A stretch of 63,405 bases of DNA, filler included, from Anaerolineae bacterium (lineage in GTDB: Bacteria; Chloroflexota; Anaerolineae; B4-G1; DUEL01), in assembly GCA_041082215.1 (NCBI GenBank). It is 7 parts of 7 records of this genome, joined end to end, with 100 filler letters (N's around TTAATTAATTAA, not from the genome) between each part and the next. Parts side by side here need not be neighbours in the genome. Positions count along the whole stretch, not along the records: positions 25,631 to 37,060 come from JBDOIF010000069.1; positions 37,161 to 41,979 come from JBDOIF010000072.1; 5 more parts are not named here. The stretch is one strand, 5' to 3'. The translations under genes and the position numbers were made by a program. This document shows positions 29,344-37,324 of this stretch, piece after piece (position 1 is the first letter of the stretch; every line of letters starts with the position of its first letter). The notes under the pieces are model-generated. The model was not told the DNA's origin, ran no database searches, and was given only the letters and a program-made list of their open reading frames with translations.

Positions 29344-30773
29344 GAGTGTTCTCTCCCGGCAGTCTCCACCGCTGCGATCAGCGGGGTGATGAGAATATGC
29401 AGGAACTTGCTGAAGGGCAGATAGGCGATCGTCGCTGCCACCAGAAGGGCATGTAGATACCACAGGACAGGGTAAACCCCCGTCCAGATCAGGTTCAGCG
29501 GGCGCAGGATAACCGCCAGGGCATACCCCAGGAAGGCGTAGGCTGCCCGGCCGGTGGGGAGGCCGACGCTCAGGATGCGGACGGCCTCCAGAAGCAGGCC
29601 CAGGCAGAAGACGGCTGCCAGGAGGGCGATAGCAGCCCGGTCGAGTGCGCCGGTCCGCAGTCGGGGATCGCGGCGGATGAACCGGCGGTAAAGGGCGATG
29701 CAGACCCCCAGGATGACCAGCGTGGCGCAGAGGTCGTTGAGGAGGGCGATGGCAGGGGTGTCCCGATTCGCCAGGAGGAGGGTCCAGCGGGCGGCAGGCC
29801 AGAACGCCTCGCCCGCCCAGGTAACCAGCCCCAGCAGGAACCGGAACAGGAAGGGCCAGTAGATGAGGGCGTGCATCACCCAGCGGCTGACGCTCTCCTG
29901 GAGCACCCGGCGGAGGAAGATCCCATCAGCGAGGAGGCTTCCCAGGAGACGGAAGAGACGGCGCGAGAAGACCAGCCGCACCAGGTCGCCTGCCAGGTAG
30001 GAGAGCTTCTGCATCGGCGTGATGCCCGGATGGCCCGGGAGTTCGCCCCGCAGGTAGATGGAGGCATTGACTGTGATGCCGATCAGGAAGGCCAGCAATC
30101 CCACTGCCGACCAGGGGTCTTTGACGATGGGGGCCGCCTCATGGCAGGGCATACAGAGGACGCTCCGGGCCGGAAGCGTGATTGCCGGGGCGCCGACCGG
30201 ATTTCCGGCATAGTGGCAGTTCTCGCAGCCTGGCCGCGCGGCCAGCGCGTGCGCCGTCCGGTCCACAGGGTTCCCGGCCTCGTCCGCCCGCGCCGTCTGG
30301 AGCTTCCCCGTCGCCGGGTCTCGCACGATAGGCAGGTCGGGGCGGTGGCAGGCGGCACAGTCGGCGTCCAGGTGTGGCGCGCCCATATGGACGTGGGTCA
30401 GGATCGCCGCGTGGCAGTCGGTGCAGGCGACGGGTTCCGTTGCCCGGTGGGGGTTGCGGGCCACGTCCGCATGGCAGGCGGTGCAGGCAACACGGCCATG
30501 GAGGCTCTCCGCGTAACGAGCGGGGTCAACGTAGACCGGCGTGCGCCCGACGGTGGCCCACGCCTCTACCTGGGGGTCGCCGTGGCACTCCAGACACCGG
30601 GCGATCTCAGCTTCCGCGCCCGAAAGGGTGTTGGGGTTAGGCTGCCGATGACAGGCCCAGCAGTTCCGGTCATCGCCCGATGGGCCCTGCGCCCGGGCGA
30701 CGGCCGCCACGGAGAGGCCTATCCAGATCATCAGGGCTGCTGTGATGAGCGGGATCCAGAGGCTCTTCTTCAT
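29340..30773 (-). CDS. Heptaheme cytochrome c fused to NarI/HdrE/DsrM-like cytochrome b membrane domain
   Basis: Signal peptide, 7 CxxCH (CWACH, CLECH, CTACH, CTDCH, CAACH, CENCH, CMPCH), RWVMHALI and YLPFSKFLH motifs. Confidence 0.85.
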   Translation of the reverse strand: MKKSLWIPLITAALMIWIGLSVAAVARAQGPSGDDRNCWACHRQPNPNTLSGAEAEIARCLECHGDPQVEAWATVGRTPVYVDPARYAESLHGRVACTACHADVARNPHRATEPVACTDCHAAILTHVHMGAPHLDADCAACHRPDLPIVRDPATGKLQTARADEAGNPVDRTAHALAARPGCENCHYAGNPVGAPAITLPARSVLCMPCHEAAPIVKDPWSAVGLLAFLIGITVNASIYLRGELPGHPGITPMQKLSYLAGDLVRLVFSRRLFRLLGSLLADGIFLRRVLQESVSRWVMHALIYWPFLFRFLLGLVTWAGEAFWPAARWTLLLANRDTPAIALLNDLCATLVILGVCIALYRRFIRRDPRLRTGALDRAAIALLAAVFCLGLLLEAVRILSVGLPTGRAAYAFLGYALAVILRPLNLIWTGVYPVLWYLHALLVAATIAYLPFSKFLHILITPLIAAVETAGREHS

Positions 30774-32347
30774 CGCACCCTCATCTCCTCTGCGCGTCGA
30801 GAATCGGCCTCGATCCGTTCCCACTCCAGCGGCCGCTCATGGCGCAGTTCCTCTTCGCTGACCTTGCCGGTGAAGATGACCTTGTTGAGTGGGAACTTGT
30901 CGAACCGGATATGGGTGTTGAAAAGATGGACGATGTAGATGAAGCCGACAGCCAGCAGGGCTTCATCGCTGTGCATGATGTGGGCGATGTTGATGACGAT
31001 GCCGGGCAGGAAGCGGGAGAAGAACTCCGGGAACCAGAGGACCAGCCCGGAAAGGCCGATCACCGGGACCCCCCAGAAGACCGCCCAGTAATCGAACTTC
31101 TCGAAGTAGGCGAAGCGGTCGAAGAGGGGCCGGCTGCCTTTGCCGATGAAGTACAGGAAGTTCTGCCAGATGTCTCTGAAGTCCTTGATCGTCGGCACCG
31201 GTGTGTCGGGTCCCCAGGGCTTCCGTTTCTGGACGAAGACGTAATGGACGATGTACGCCAGGTGCATCAGGCACCACAGGGCGATCACGACCGCGCTGAT
31301 GCGGTGGATGATCCCCATCACCTCCACGCCGCCCTGGAGGCGCGTGAACCACTGTGCCCAGCGGGTGGTTGGGTACTTGAGGGGCATCCCGCTGATGGTG
31401 GAACCGAAGAAGCTGGTCAGCACCAGCAGGTGGACCAGGCGGTGGTAGATGTTGAAGCGCCAGTATTCTGGTCCAGTTTCCGCCCTTTCGGCCGCGTGGC
31501 CCGCCGGGCGGCGGAGCCGTTCGTGCAGGCTGCGGAGGAACCAGAGGCCGGTATGAGCGTAGAAGACGGCCAGGACGCTCGCTGTCAGGGCGATGAAGAA
31601 CAGTTGCACCCAGAAGAGCAGGGCGAAGGCCTGACGGTTCGGGTCCTCCGGCGCGGCCTGTAATGTTTCTCGCGCGTGGACGTAGTAGCCGGTCAGGCTG
31701 ATCTCGGCCCGGGGGTGACAGCGACGGCAGGCCTGCGCTTCCTCGGCGGGGGTTTTCAGGGCCAGGACGTTGTGGGCTCCATGACAGTCGGCGCAGGTGG
31801 CCGCGTTTTCGCGCCCCAGAAGCACGGCCTTGCCGTGGTAATCGTGGGTATAGGTCTCCAGCGCGTCGGGGTGGCAGTCGCCGCAGACCGGGCCGACGGC
31901 CTCCAGCACCTGGCTGCGCGTGGTCACCGTGACGTAGTGGGCATTGTGGCAGTGGCCGCAGGTCGGGGCGGGAACGGCTGGAGCCTCTTCTGGTTGGGAC
32001 CTGGCCGTGGCATGGACGCCCTGTTCATAAGCGGCGTACTCTTCCGGGTGGCAGGAGGCGCACCTCTGATAGTCGTAGAGCGCCAGGCTGTCCTCAGTCA
32101 GCCGTGCCGGATCGGGATGAGGGGTGGTTTCGCTCTCCGGAGCGATGTCCGGATGGCACACGGCGCAGTCCAGATTGCCGTGTGCGGAAGCCCGGAAGCG
32201 CGTCAGGTCTATATGCCACCCTGCCTGAGGCGGGGAGGGGGAGCTGGCGGGGGGGCGGGGGGTGCAGCCTGTCAGCAAAGCCATACCGGCGATGCTGGCC
32301 AGGAGAAGCGGGAAGACGTTGCCGATCAATCGGGGCCGGTTGGTCAC
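30770..32347 (-). CDS. Hexaheme cytochrome c lipoprotein fused to FdnI/Ni-hydrogenase-type cytochrome b domain
   Basis: Lipobox LTGC, 6 CxxCH (CAVCH, CASCH, CGHCH, CGDCH, CADCH, CRRCH), [31 protein letters not shown]. Confidence 0.85.
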   Translation of the reverse strand: MTNRPRLIGNVFPLLLASIAGMALLTGCTPRPPASSPSPPQAGWHIDLTRFRASAHGNLDCAVCHPDIAPESETTPHPDPARLTEDSLALYDYQRCASCHPEEYAAYEQGVHATARSQPEEAPAVPAPTCGHCHNAHYVTVTTRSQVLEAVGPVCGDCHPDALETYTHDYHGKAVLLGRENAATCADCHGAHNVLALKTPAEEAQACRRCHPRAEISLTGYYVHARETLQAAPEDPNRQAFALLFWVQLFFIALTASVLAVFYAHTGLWFLRSLHERLRRPAGHAAERAETGPEYWRFNIYHRLVHLLVLTSFFGSTISGMPLKYPTTRWAQWFTRLQGGVEVMGIIHRISAVVIALWCLMHLAYIVHYVFVQKRKPWGPDTPVPTIKDFRDIWQNFLYFIGKGSRPLFDRFAYFEKFDYWAVFWGVPVIGLSGLVLWFPEFFSRFLPGIVINIAHIMHSDEALLAVGFIYIVHLFNTHIRFDKFPLNKVIFTGKVSEEELRHERPLEWERIEADSRRAEEMRVR

Positions 32348-32489
32348 AGGGATCCCTCCTCATGTTTTGCGTACTGGCTCATACGGAATACGCAAAACGT
32401 AATGCGTCAACTCCACAGGCGTAACAAAACAGACGTTCTCAGCCAGCTACGCTGAGACGGAAGACAAGGAGGCTCCGAAAGGGCCGGAA

Positions 32490-32921
32490 TCAGCCCAGCA
32501 GCTCTTTGTATTTTGCCGCTTCTTCCTGTATGAATGCCTGGAACTCCGGTGAGTTGGCCCGCAGGAGATTGTTCAGCTCGGCCGGGCTGGACATTTCGAT
32601 CTTGACCAGCCAGCCCTGGTCGAAGGGGGACTCGTTGATCAGGGTGGGCTCCCACTCCAGTTCCTCGTTGACGGCAGCAATCGTGCCGCTGACCATGGCG
32701 GGGATGCGGCCCACCCACTTGCCGGATTCCAGAGACATAAAGGTCTGGCCCTGGGCTACCGCCTTACCGGTAGGGGGGATCTCCACATAGACGATCTCTT
32801 TGGCAATGCGCTGACCGAAGTCGGTCATGCCCTGGACAACGGTATTCCCCTCCACCCGGGCCCAGTTGTGCTGCTTGTCGTAGTAGAGGTCATCGGGGAA
32901 TTCAATACCGGCGATCTGCAT
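32490..32921 (-). CDS. GcvH-like lipoyl-carrier protein (LbpA-like)
   Basis: FPDDLYY...H.W, G.TDF, LESGKWVG with lipoyl Lys, SG.I..VN, IN.SP..GWL. Confidence 0.88.
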   Translation of the reverse strand: MQIAGIEFPDDLYYDKQHNWARVEGNTVVQGMTDFGQRIAKEIVYVEIPPTGKAVAQGQTFMSLESGKWVGRIPAMVSGTIAAVNEELEWEPTLINESPFDQGWLVKIEMSSPAELNNLLRANSPEFQAFIQEEAAKYKELLG

Positions 32922-32972
32922 GGTTCACCTCCTCAGCGATCTGATTCGCCCTTTTGATCTTTTTTGCTTTTT

Positions 32973-34433
32973 TTATCGGGAAATGACCTCCCTCAGATTC
33001 CCATCGGCGTCGTAGATATGCACCTCCAGCGGCATCTGGCCCGGCAGCGCGTGGGTGGCGCAGCCGAAGCAGGGGTCGTAGGCGCGGAAGGCCATCTCGA
33101 TCCGGTTGAGCAACCCCTCGGTGATCACCTGCCCCTTGCGGATCAGCCCCCTGGCGGCCTGCCGGACGGACATGGCGATGGGTGCGTAGTTGTTGGTGGT
33201 GCCGACGATGAGGTTGCACTTGACCACCAGCCCGCGCTCATCGGTGATGTAGTGATGGGTCAGGGTGCCGCGCGGGGCCTCCACGATGCCCACCCCCTCG
33301 TCCGGCGTCGCCGTGGGGATGTTGCGCACATGGGGGCTGGTGATCTCCGGGTCGGTGGCCAGTTCCAGCAGTCGCTCCGCCGCGTAGAGCAGTTCGATCA
33401 GCCGGGCCCAGTGGGTTGCCAGCGTATGGTGGACCGGCTTCCCGCCGAGTGTCGCGTAAAACTCCTCGTAGGCCTCCTGGGCCCGGGGGGTCGCCATTCC
33501 GTCGGCGGCGTTGAGGCGGGAGAGAGGGGTGGCCTGGTAGATGCCGCTATCTTTGCCCGTCACCAGCCCTTTCCAGCCTATCTTTTTAAGGAAGGGGAAC
33601 TTGAGGTAGGTCCAGGGCTCCACGTGCTCGGCGATGACCTGGGTGTATTCGTGCGGCGCGTACTTGACGAATTCCCGGCCCTCGGGGTCCACCACCCGGA
33701 CCATGCCGTCGTAGAAGTTCACCCGATTCTGCTCGTCCACCAGGCCCATGTAGTACGTGGGCAGGGTGAACATGTCGGAAAGAATCATATCCCGGTAAGC
33801 CGAATTGTCAAGCACGATCTGGCGGAAGAGCTGGAGGGTGAAGAGGCCGAACTCCACCTCCTCCCGCGCGATGGCCTCAATCTGGGCCCGTTCCTCTTCG
33901 GTGATGGCCTTCCCGACGCCGCCGGGGACGCCGAAGAGGGGATGGACCTTACGCCCGCCCAGCATGCCGATGATGTCCATGGCCAGGCCCCGGGAGCGGA
34001 TAACCCGCCCGCCGATCTCCAGACCGACTTTGTGGATCACCCCCAGGATGTTCCGCTCGGTCGGCGGCGCGTCCGGCCCCAGGACAAAATCGGGGCCGGC
34101 CAGGATGTAGAAATGGGTCATGTGGTCGGCGACGTAGAAAGCGGAGTAGAAGAGTTCCCGCAGTTTCTTCGCCGCCGGGGGGACCTCCACATGGTAGACC
34201 GCGTCGCAGGCCTTGACCGAGGCCATGTGGTGGGCTTCCGGGCAGACGCCGCAGATACGGGGGGTGATGTCTGGCAGTTCTTCCACCGGCCGCCCCTCGA
34301 CGAACTTCTCGAATCCCCGCAGTTCGGGGATCACCAGGTAGGCATTGGCAACGTCTCCCTCTTTGTCCAGGAAGATGTCTATCCTGCCGTGCCCTTCCAG
34401 ACGGGTAATGGGATCAATGCTGATCTTGTGCAT
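32973..34433 (-). CDS. mvhA: [NiFe] hydrogenase large subunit, group 3c (Mvh type)
   Basis: TRLEGHG, RICGVC (L1), EAPRGTL, RAYDPCFGCATH (L2) plus C-terminal extension; context with mvhD/hdrA. Confidence 0.92.
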   Translation of the reverse strand: MHKISIDPITRLEGHGRIDIFLDKEGDVANAYLVIPELRGFEKFVEGRPVEELPDITPRICGVCPEAHHMASVKACDAVYHVEVPPAAKKLRELFYSAFYVADHMTHFYILAGPDFVLGPDAPPTERNILGVIHKVGLEIGGRVIRSRGLAMDIIGMLGGRKVHPLFGVPGGVGKAITEEERAQIEAIAREEVEFGLFTLQLFRQIVLDNSAYRDMILSDMFTLPTYYMGLVDEQNRVNFYDGMVRVVDPEGREFVKYAPHEYTQVIAEHVEPWTYLKFPFLKKIGWKGLVTGKDSGIYQATPLSRLNAADGMATPRAQEAYEEFYATLGGKPVHHTLATHWARLIELLYAAERLLELATDPEITSPHVRNIPTATPDEGVGIVEAPRGTLTHHYITDERGLVVKCNLIVGTTNNYAPIAMSVRQAARGLIRKGQVITEGLLNRIEMAFRAYDPCFGCATHALPGQMPLEVHIYDADGNLREVISR

Positions 34434-34447
34434 AGGGGTTCTCCTTT

Positions 34448-34537
34448 CCTCACCCCTCCCCCTGTCCCCCTCCCCTCTCCTGACCTCTGGTCAGGAGAGG
34501 GGAGGGGGTGGCCCGAAGGGCCGGGGGTGGGGTGAGG
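34448..34537. repeat. CCTCACCCC...GGGGTGAGG palindromic element with perfect 20-bp inner stem
   Basis: 34466-34485 pairs with 34489-34508 (loop TCT); outer arms CCTCACCCC/GGGGTGAGG. Confidence 0.8.
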
Positions 34538-34543
34538 TCAAAT

Positions 34544-35509
34544 TCACATTCTGGCCCGATGCAGGGTTGAAGCGGGCAGGCCGAAGCGGTAGAAGGTGCC
34601 CGCCGGGTCCAGGATTTCGCCCACGATGCGGGCTGCCTCCTCTTCGGTATCGGCATCCGCCACCGAAGCGACCGCCGAAAGGAGCGCCGCGCCCTGATCC
34701 AGGACATTAGGCGGCGGGCCGTAGCACCCCCGACAGGGCTGGTTGACGGTGGGGCAGAGAGCGCCGCAGCCGCCCCGGGTGGCGGGTCCAGCGCAGATGA
34801 TGCCCTGCTCCAGAAGACAGCGCTCCGCGTCCGGGATGATTTCGTGATAGCGGTAGAACTTCTTGATCCGCTTCTCCTCCCGGATGCGCTTGCACTCGTC
34901 GCAGACGGTCTTCTCGTTGGCGCCGACAACGCTCCCCTTCGGGGGGAGTCCGCCGCTGAGGATGGCCTCCACCACGGCCCATATCTGGTGCGGCTGCGGC
35001 GGACAGCCGGGCACGAAGTAGTCCACGTCCGTCACCTGGCCCAGGGTTTTGACGGTGTTGTAGAAGCGGGGAATCTCTATCTCCCCCTCCGGCACCGGAG
35101 TGACCGGCTGGGGGATGATGCCCTCCGGGTTCTCCACCGTGGGCACTTCCAGATAGACCCGCCGGAGAATGGCACTCTTCTCAAAGAAGTTGGCCAGGCC
35201 GGGGATGCAGCCCTCGTAGGCGCAGGAGCCGAAGGCCACCAGCACTTTGGACTTGCGGCGCAGGAGATGGGCCATGTGCTCGTTTTCGCTCGTGCGGATG
35301 GCGCCGTTGAAGAGGCAGACGTCCAGGTGGCCGTCCGGCATAGCCTCCACATCTTTGACCTTGAAGTCCATCGCGACGGGCCAGAAGAGAATCTCCGCCG
35401 CCTCATCCAGCAGGAGGATCTTCTCCCGCAGTTCCACCACGGCGATTTCGCAGCCGCCGCAGGACGCGGCCCAGTAGAGGCCCAGTTTGAGTTTCCCGTT
35501 TTGTGCCAT
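34544..35509 (-). CDS. mvhG: [NiFe] hydrogenase small subunit (Mvh type)
   Basis: SCGGCE, AFGSCA, PGCPP, CDEC, CLLEQG..C.GP.T.GGCGA.CP, CRGCYG. Confidence 0.92.
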   Translation of the reverse strand: MAQNGKLKLGLYWAASCGGCEIAVVELREKILLLDEAAEILFWPVAMDFKVKDVEAMPDGHLDVCLFNGAIRTSENEHMAHLLRRKSKVLVAFGSCAYEGCIPGLANFFEKSAILRRVYLEVPTVENPEGIIPQPVTPVPEGEIEIPRFYNTVKTLGQVTDVDYFVPGCPPQPHQIWAVVEAILSGGLPPKGSVVGANEKTVCDECKRIREEKRIKKFYRYHEIIPDAERCLLEQGIICAGPATRGGCGALCPTVNQPCRGCYGPPPNVLDQGAALLSAVASVADADTEEEAARIVGEILDPAGTFYRFGLPASTLHRARM

Positions 35510-35524
35510 GCTATCCCTCCTTGC

Positions 35525-35557
35525 AGGTGACAGTCACCTTAAAGGTGACCGTCACCT
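35525..35557. repeat. Double AGGTGACNGTCACCT palindrome (second copy at 37284-37316); overlaps mvhD stop
   Basis: AGGTGACAGTCACCT-taa-AGGTGACCGTCACCT. Confidence 0.8.
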
Positions 35558-35988
35558 TCCTTATCCTCCAGTTGGCGCGACCAGTTCAGGGGGCCCAGGG
35601 CGCGGATCCGTTCGGTGAACTCGTGGGTCAGTTGAGCCCACTTGACCGCCTCAGCGCCGGAAATCCAGCCCCAGTGAAAGCGCTCTTTCTCAATGCCGAA
35701 CTGGGCCAGCAACTGCTCCACCAGCGGCATGCGGCGGAAGGTCTTGAAGTTGCCGCTGGAGTAGTGACAGTCGCCCGGAGGATGGCAGCCGGAGACAATC
35801 ACGCCGTCCGCGCCCAGCGCGAAGGCCTTCAGGATGAACGCCGGTTCAATCCGCCCGGAGCACATTACCCGGATGATGTCCACGTTCGGCGGCTGCTCCA
35901 TCCGGCCCACGCCCGCGTTGTCGGCGGCGGTGTACGTACACCAGTTGCAGACAAAAGCAACGATGCGTGGATCAAACTGATCGCTCAT
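35539..35988 (-). CDS. mvhD: Methyl-viologen-reducing hydrogenase delta subunit ([2Fe-2S])
   Basis: FVCNWCTY.AAD, RVMCSGR, GCHPPGDCHY..GN, WISGAE; ATG after GGAGGAG. Confidence 0.93.
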   Translation of the reverse strand: MSDQFDPRIVAFVCNWCTYTAADNAGVGRMEQPPNVDIIRVMCSGRIEPAFILKAFALGADGVIVSGCHPPGDCHYSSGNFKTFRRMPLVEQLLAQFGIEKERFHWGWISGAEAVKWAQLTHEFTERIRALGPLNWSRQLEDKEGDGHL

Positions 35989-36003
35989 GTCTCCTCCCAG
36001 AGT

Positions 36004-36065
36004 AACGGAGTACGGAATACGGAGCACGGAGCACGTACTGCGTATTGCATACTCCGTATTCCGTT
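36004..36065. repeat. 7-bp-period inverted repeat (ACGGA(G/A)T ... (A)TTCCGT)
   Basis: AACGGAGT ACGGAAT ACGGAGC ACGGAGC ACGT ACTGCGT ATTGCAT ACTCCGT ATTCCGTT; related pieces at 32365-32406, 45526-45558, 49495-49536. Confidence 0.8.
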
Positions 36066-37060
36066 TATGTGCTCTGCAAAACGTAGCCGGTCAGCAACGC
36101 CTCCAGTTCCGCCAGAATCTGACGGTCGGCGAAGTGGCGGGCGATGATGGCCTCGGCCGGGCAGGCGGCGACGCACGTGCCGCACCCTTTGCAGAGGGCC
36201 TCGTTCACCCGGGCCACCCGCGCCGCTTCGTCAAACGAGATGGCGCTGTACGGACAGAGGGTGATGCAGGTCTTGCAGCCGGAGCAGAGCCGCTCGTCCA
36301 CCAGCGCCGTTGTCGGGGAGATAACCACTTCGCCCCGGCTCAGCAGGGCCAGCACCTCCGAGGCGGCGGCCCCGGCATGGGCCACCGTATCCGGCACATC
36401 CTTGGGGGCCTGGCAGGCACCGGCCAGGAAGACGCCGTCGGTGTTGGTGTGGAAGGGCCGGAGTTTGGGGTGGGCCTCCTGGAAGAAGCCGCTGGCGCTG
36501 CGGCTGATGCCAAAGAGCGTCGCCACCTGGCCCGAGTCGTGCGGGGCCTCCATGGCCGTCTCCAGGATGACCATATCCACGTCTATCTGGACGGGGATGC
36601 CCAGGTTGGTGTTCTCGGCCTTCACCTGGATGCGCCCGTCGTCCAGGACAGCGACCTCCGCGCCGCGCCCCCGGACGAAGTAGACGCCCTCCCGCTGGAC
36701 CCGCTCGTAGAACTCCTCGTAGTCCTTTCCAAAGGCGCGGATGTCCATGTAGAACTCAAACACCTCCGCGCCGGTCTTATCCCGGACCAGGTGGGCGTGT
36801 TTGAGCGCGTACATGCAGCAGACGCGGGAGCAGTAGCGGTTGGCGTTCTCGTCGCGGCTGCCGACGCAGTGGATGATGGCCACCCGGCGGGGCTTCTCGC
36901 CTTTGGACGTGAGAATCTGGCCCTGGGTGGGGCCGGTGGCGCTGGAGAGCCGCTCAAACTGCAGGCCGTCTATGATGTCCGGGGACTTGCCGTAGGAGAA
37001 GGCGGGGAGACGGCGGGGGTCAAACATCTCAAAGCCGGTGGCGACGACAATGGCCCCCAC
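36065..37060 (-). CDS. hdrA: Heterodisulfide reductase subunit A (C-terminal part; N-terminus lost at contig end)
   Basis: IVVATG, HCVGSRD, YCSRVCCMYALK, FYMDIRAFGK.YEEFY, AGACQAPKDVP, two ferredoxin motifs. Confidence 0.95.
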   Translation of the reverse strand: MGAIVVATGFEMFDPRRLPAFSYGKSPDIIDGLQFERLSSATGPTQGQILTSKGEKPRRVAIIHCVGSRDENANRYCSRVCCMYALKHAHLVRDKTGAEVFEFYMDIRAFGKDYEEFYERVQREGVYFVRGRGAEVAVLDDGRIQVKAENTNLGIPVQIDVDMVILETAMEAPHDSGQVATLFGISRSASGFFQEAHPKLRPFHTNTDGVFLAGACQAPKDVPDTVAHAGAAASEVLALLSRGEVVISPTTALVDERLCSGCKTCITLCPYSAISFDEAARVARVNEALCKGCGTCVAACPAEAIIARHFADRQILAELEALLTGYVLQST

Positions 37061-37160
37061 NNNNNNNNNNNNNNNNNNNNNNNNNNNNNNNNNNNNNNNN
37101 NNNNTTAATTAATTAANNNNNNNNNNNNNNNNNNNNNNNNNNNNNNNNNNNNNNNNNNNN
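37061..37160. other. Artificial contig spacer
   Basis: N-run + TTAATTAATTAA + N-run. Confidence 0.99.
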
Positions 37161-37220
37161 CCCCCCCCCCCCCCCCCCGGGGCCACAGGCCCAGAGAGGG
37201 CGGCTTCAATCGGCGCTTGC

Positions 37221-37259
37221 ACAAAAGGGCGGCGCACCTCGAAGAGATACGCCGCCCTT
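37221..37259 (-). terminator. Intrinsic terminator after the S8 protease gene
   Basis: AAGGGCGGCG...CGCCGCCCTT stem, TTTTGT on minus strand. Confidence 0.7.
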
Positions 37260-37283
37260 ATTTGCTCGCATCTGGTGAGGTTC

Positions 37284-37316
37284 AGGTGACGGTCACCTCC
37301 GGAGTGACTGTCACCT
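37284..37316. repeat. Double AGGTGACNGTCACCT palindrome, copy 2
   Basis: AGGTGACGGTCACCT-ccg-GAGTGACTGTCACCT. Confidence 0.75.
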
Positions 37317-37324
37317 GCGCGGGG

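Noticed and set aside
32973..37060. Selenocysteine recoding in MvhA/MvhD/HdrA
   Set aside because: All relevant motif positions in the visible sequence are Cys; no in-frame TGA
37161..37178. 18-nt poly-C tract
   Set aside because: At a contig edge; likely a sequencing poly-G artefact rather than a phase-variation tract
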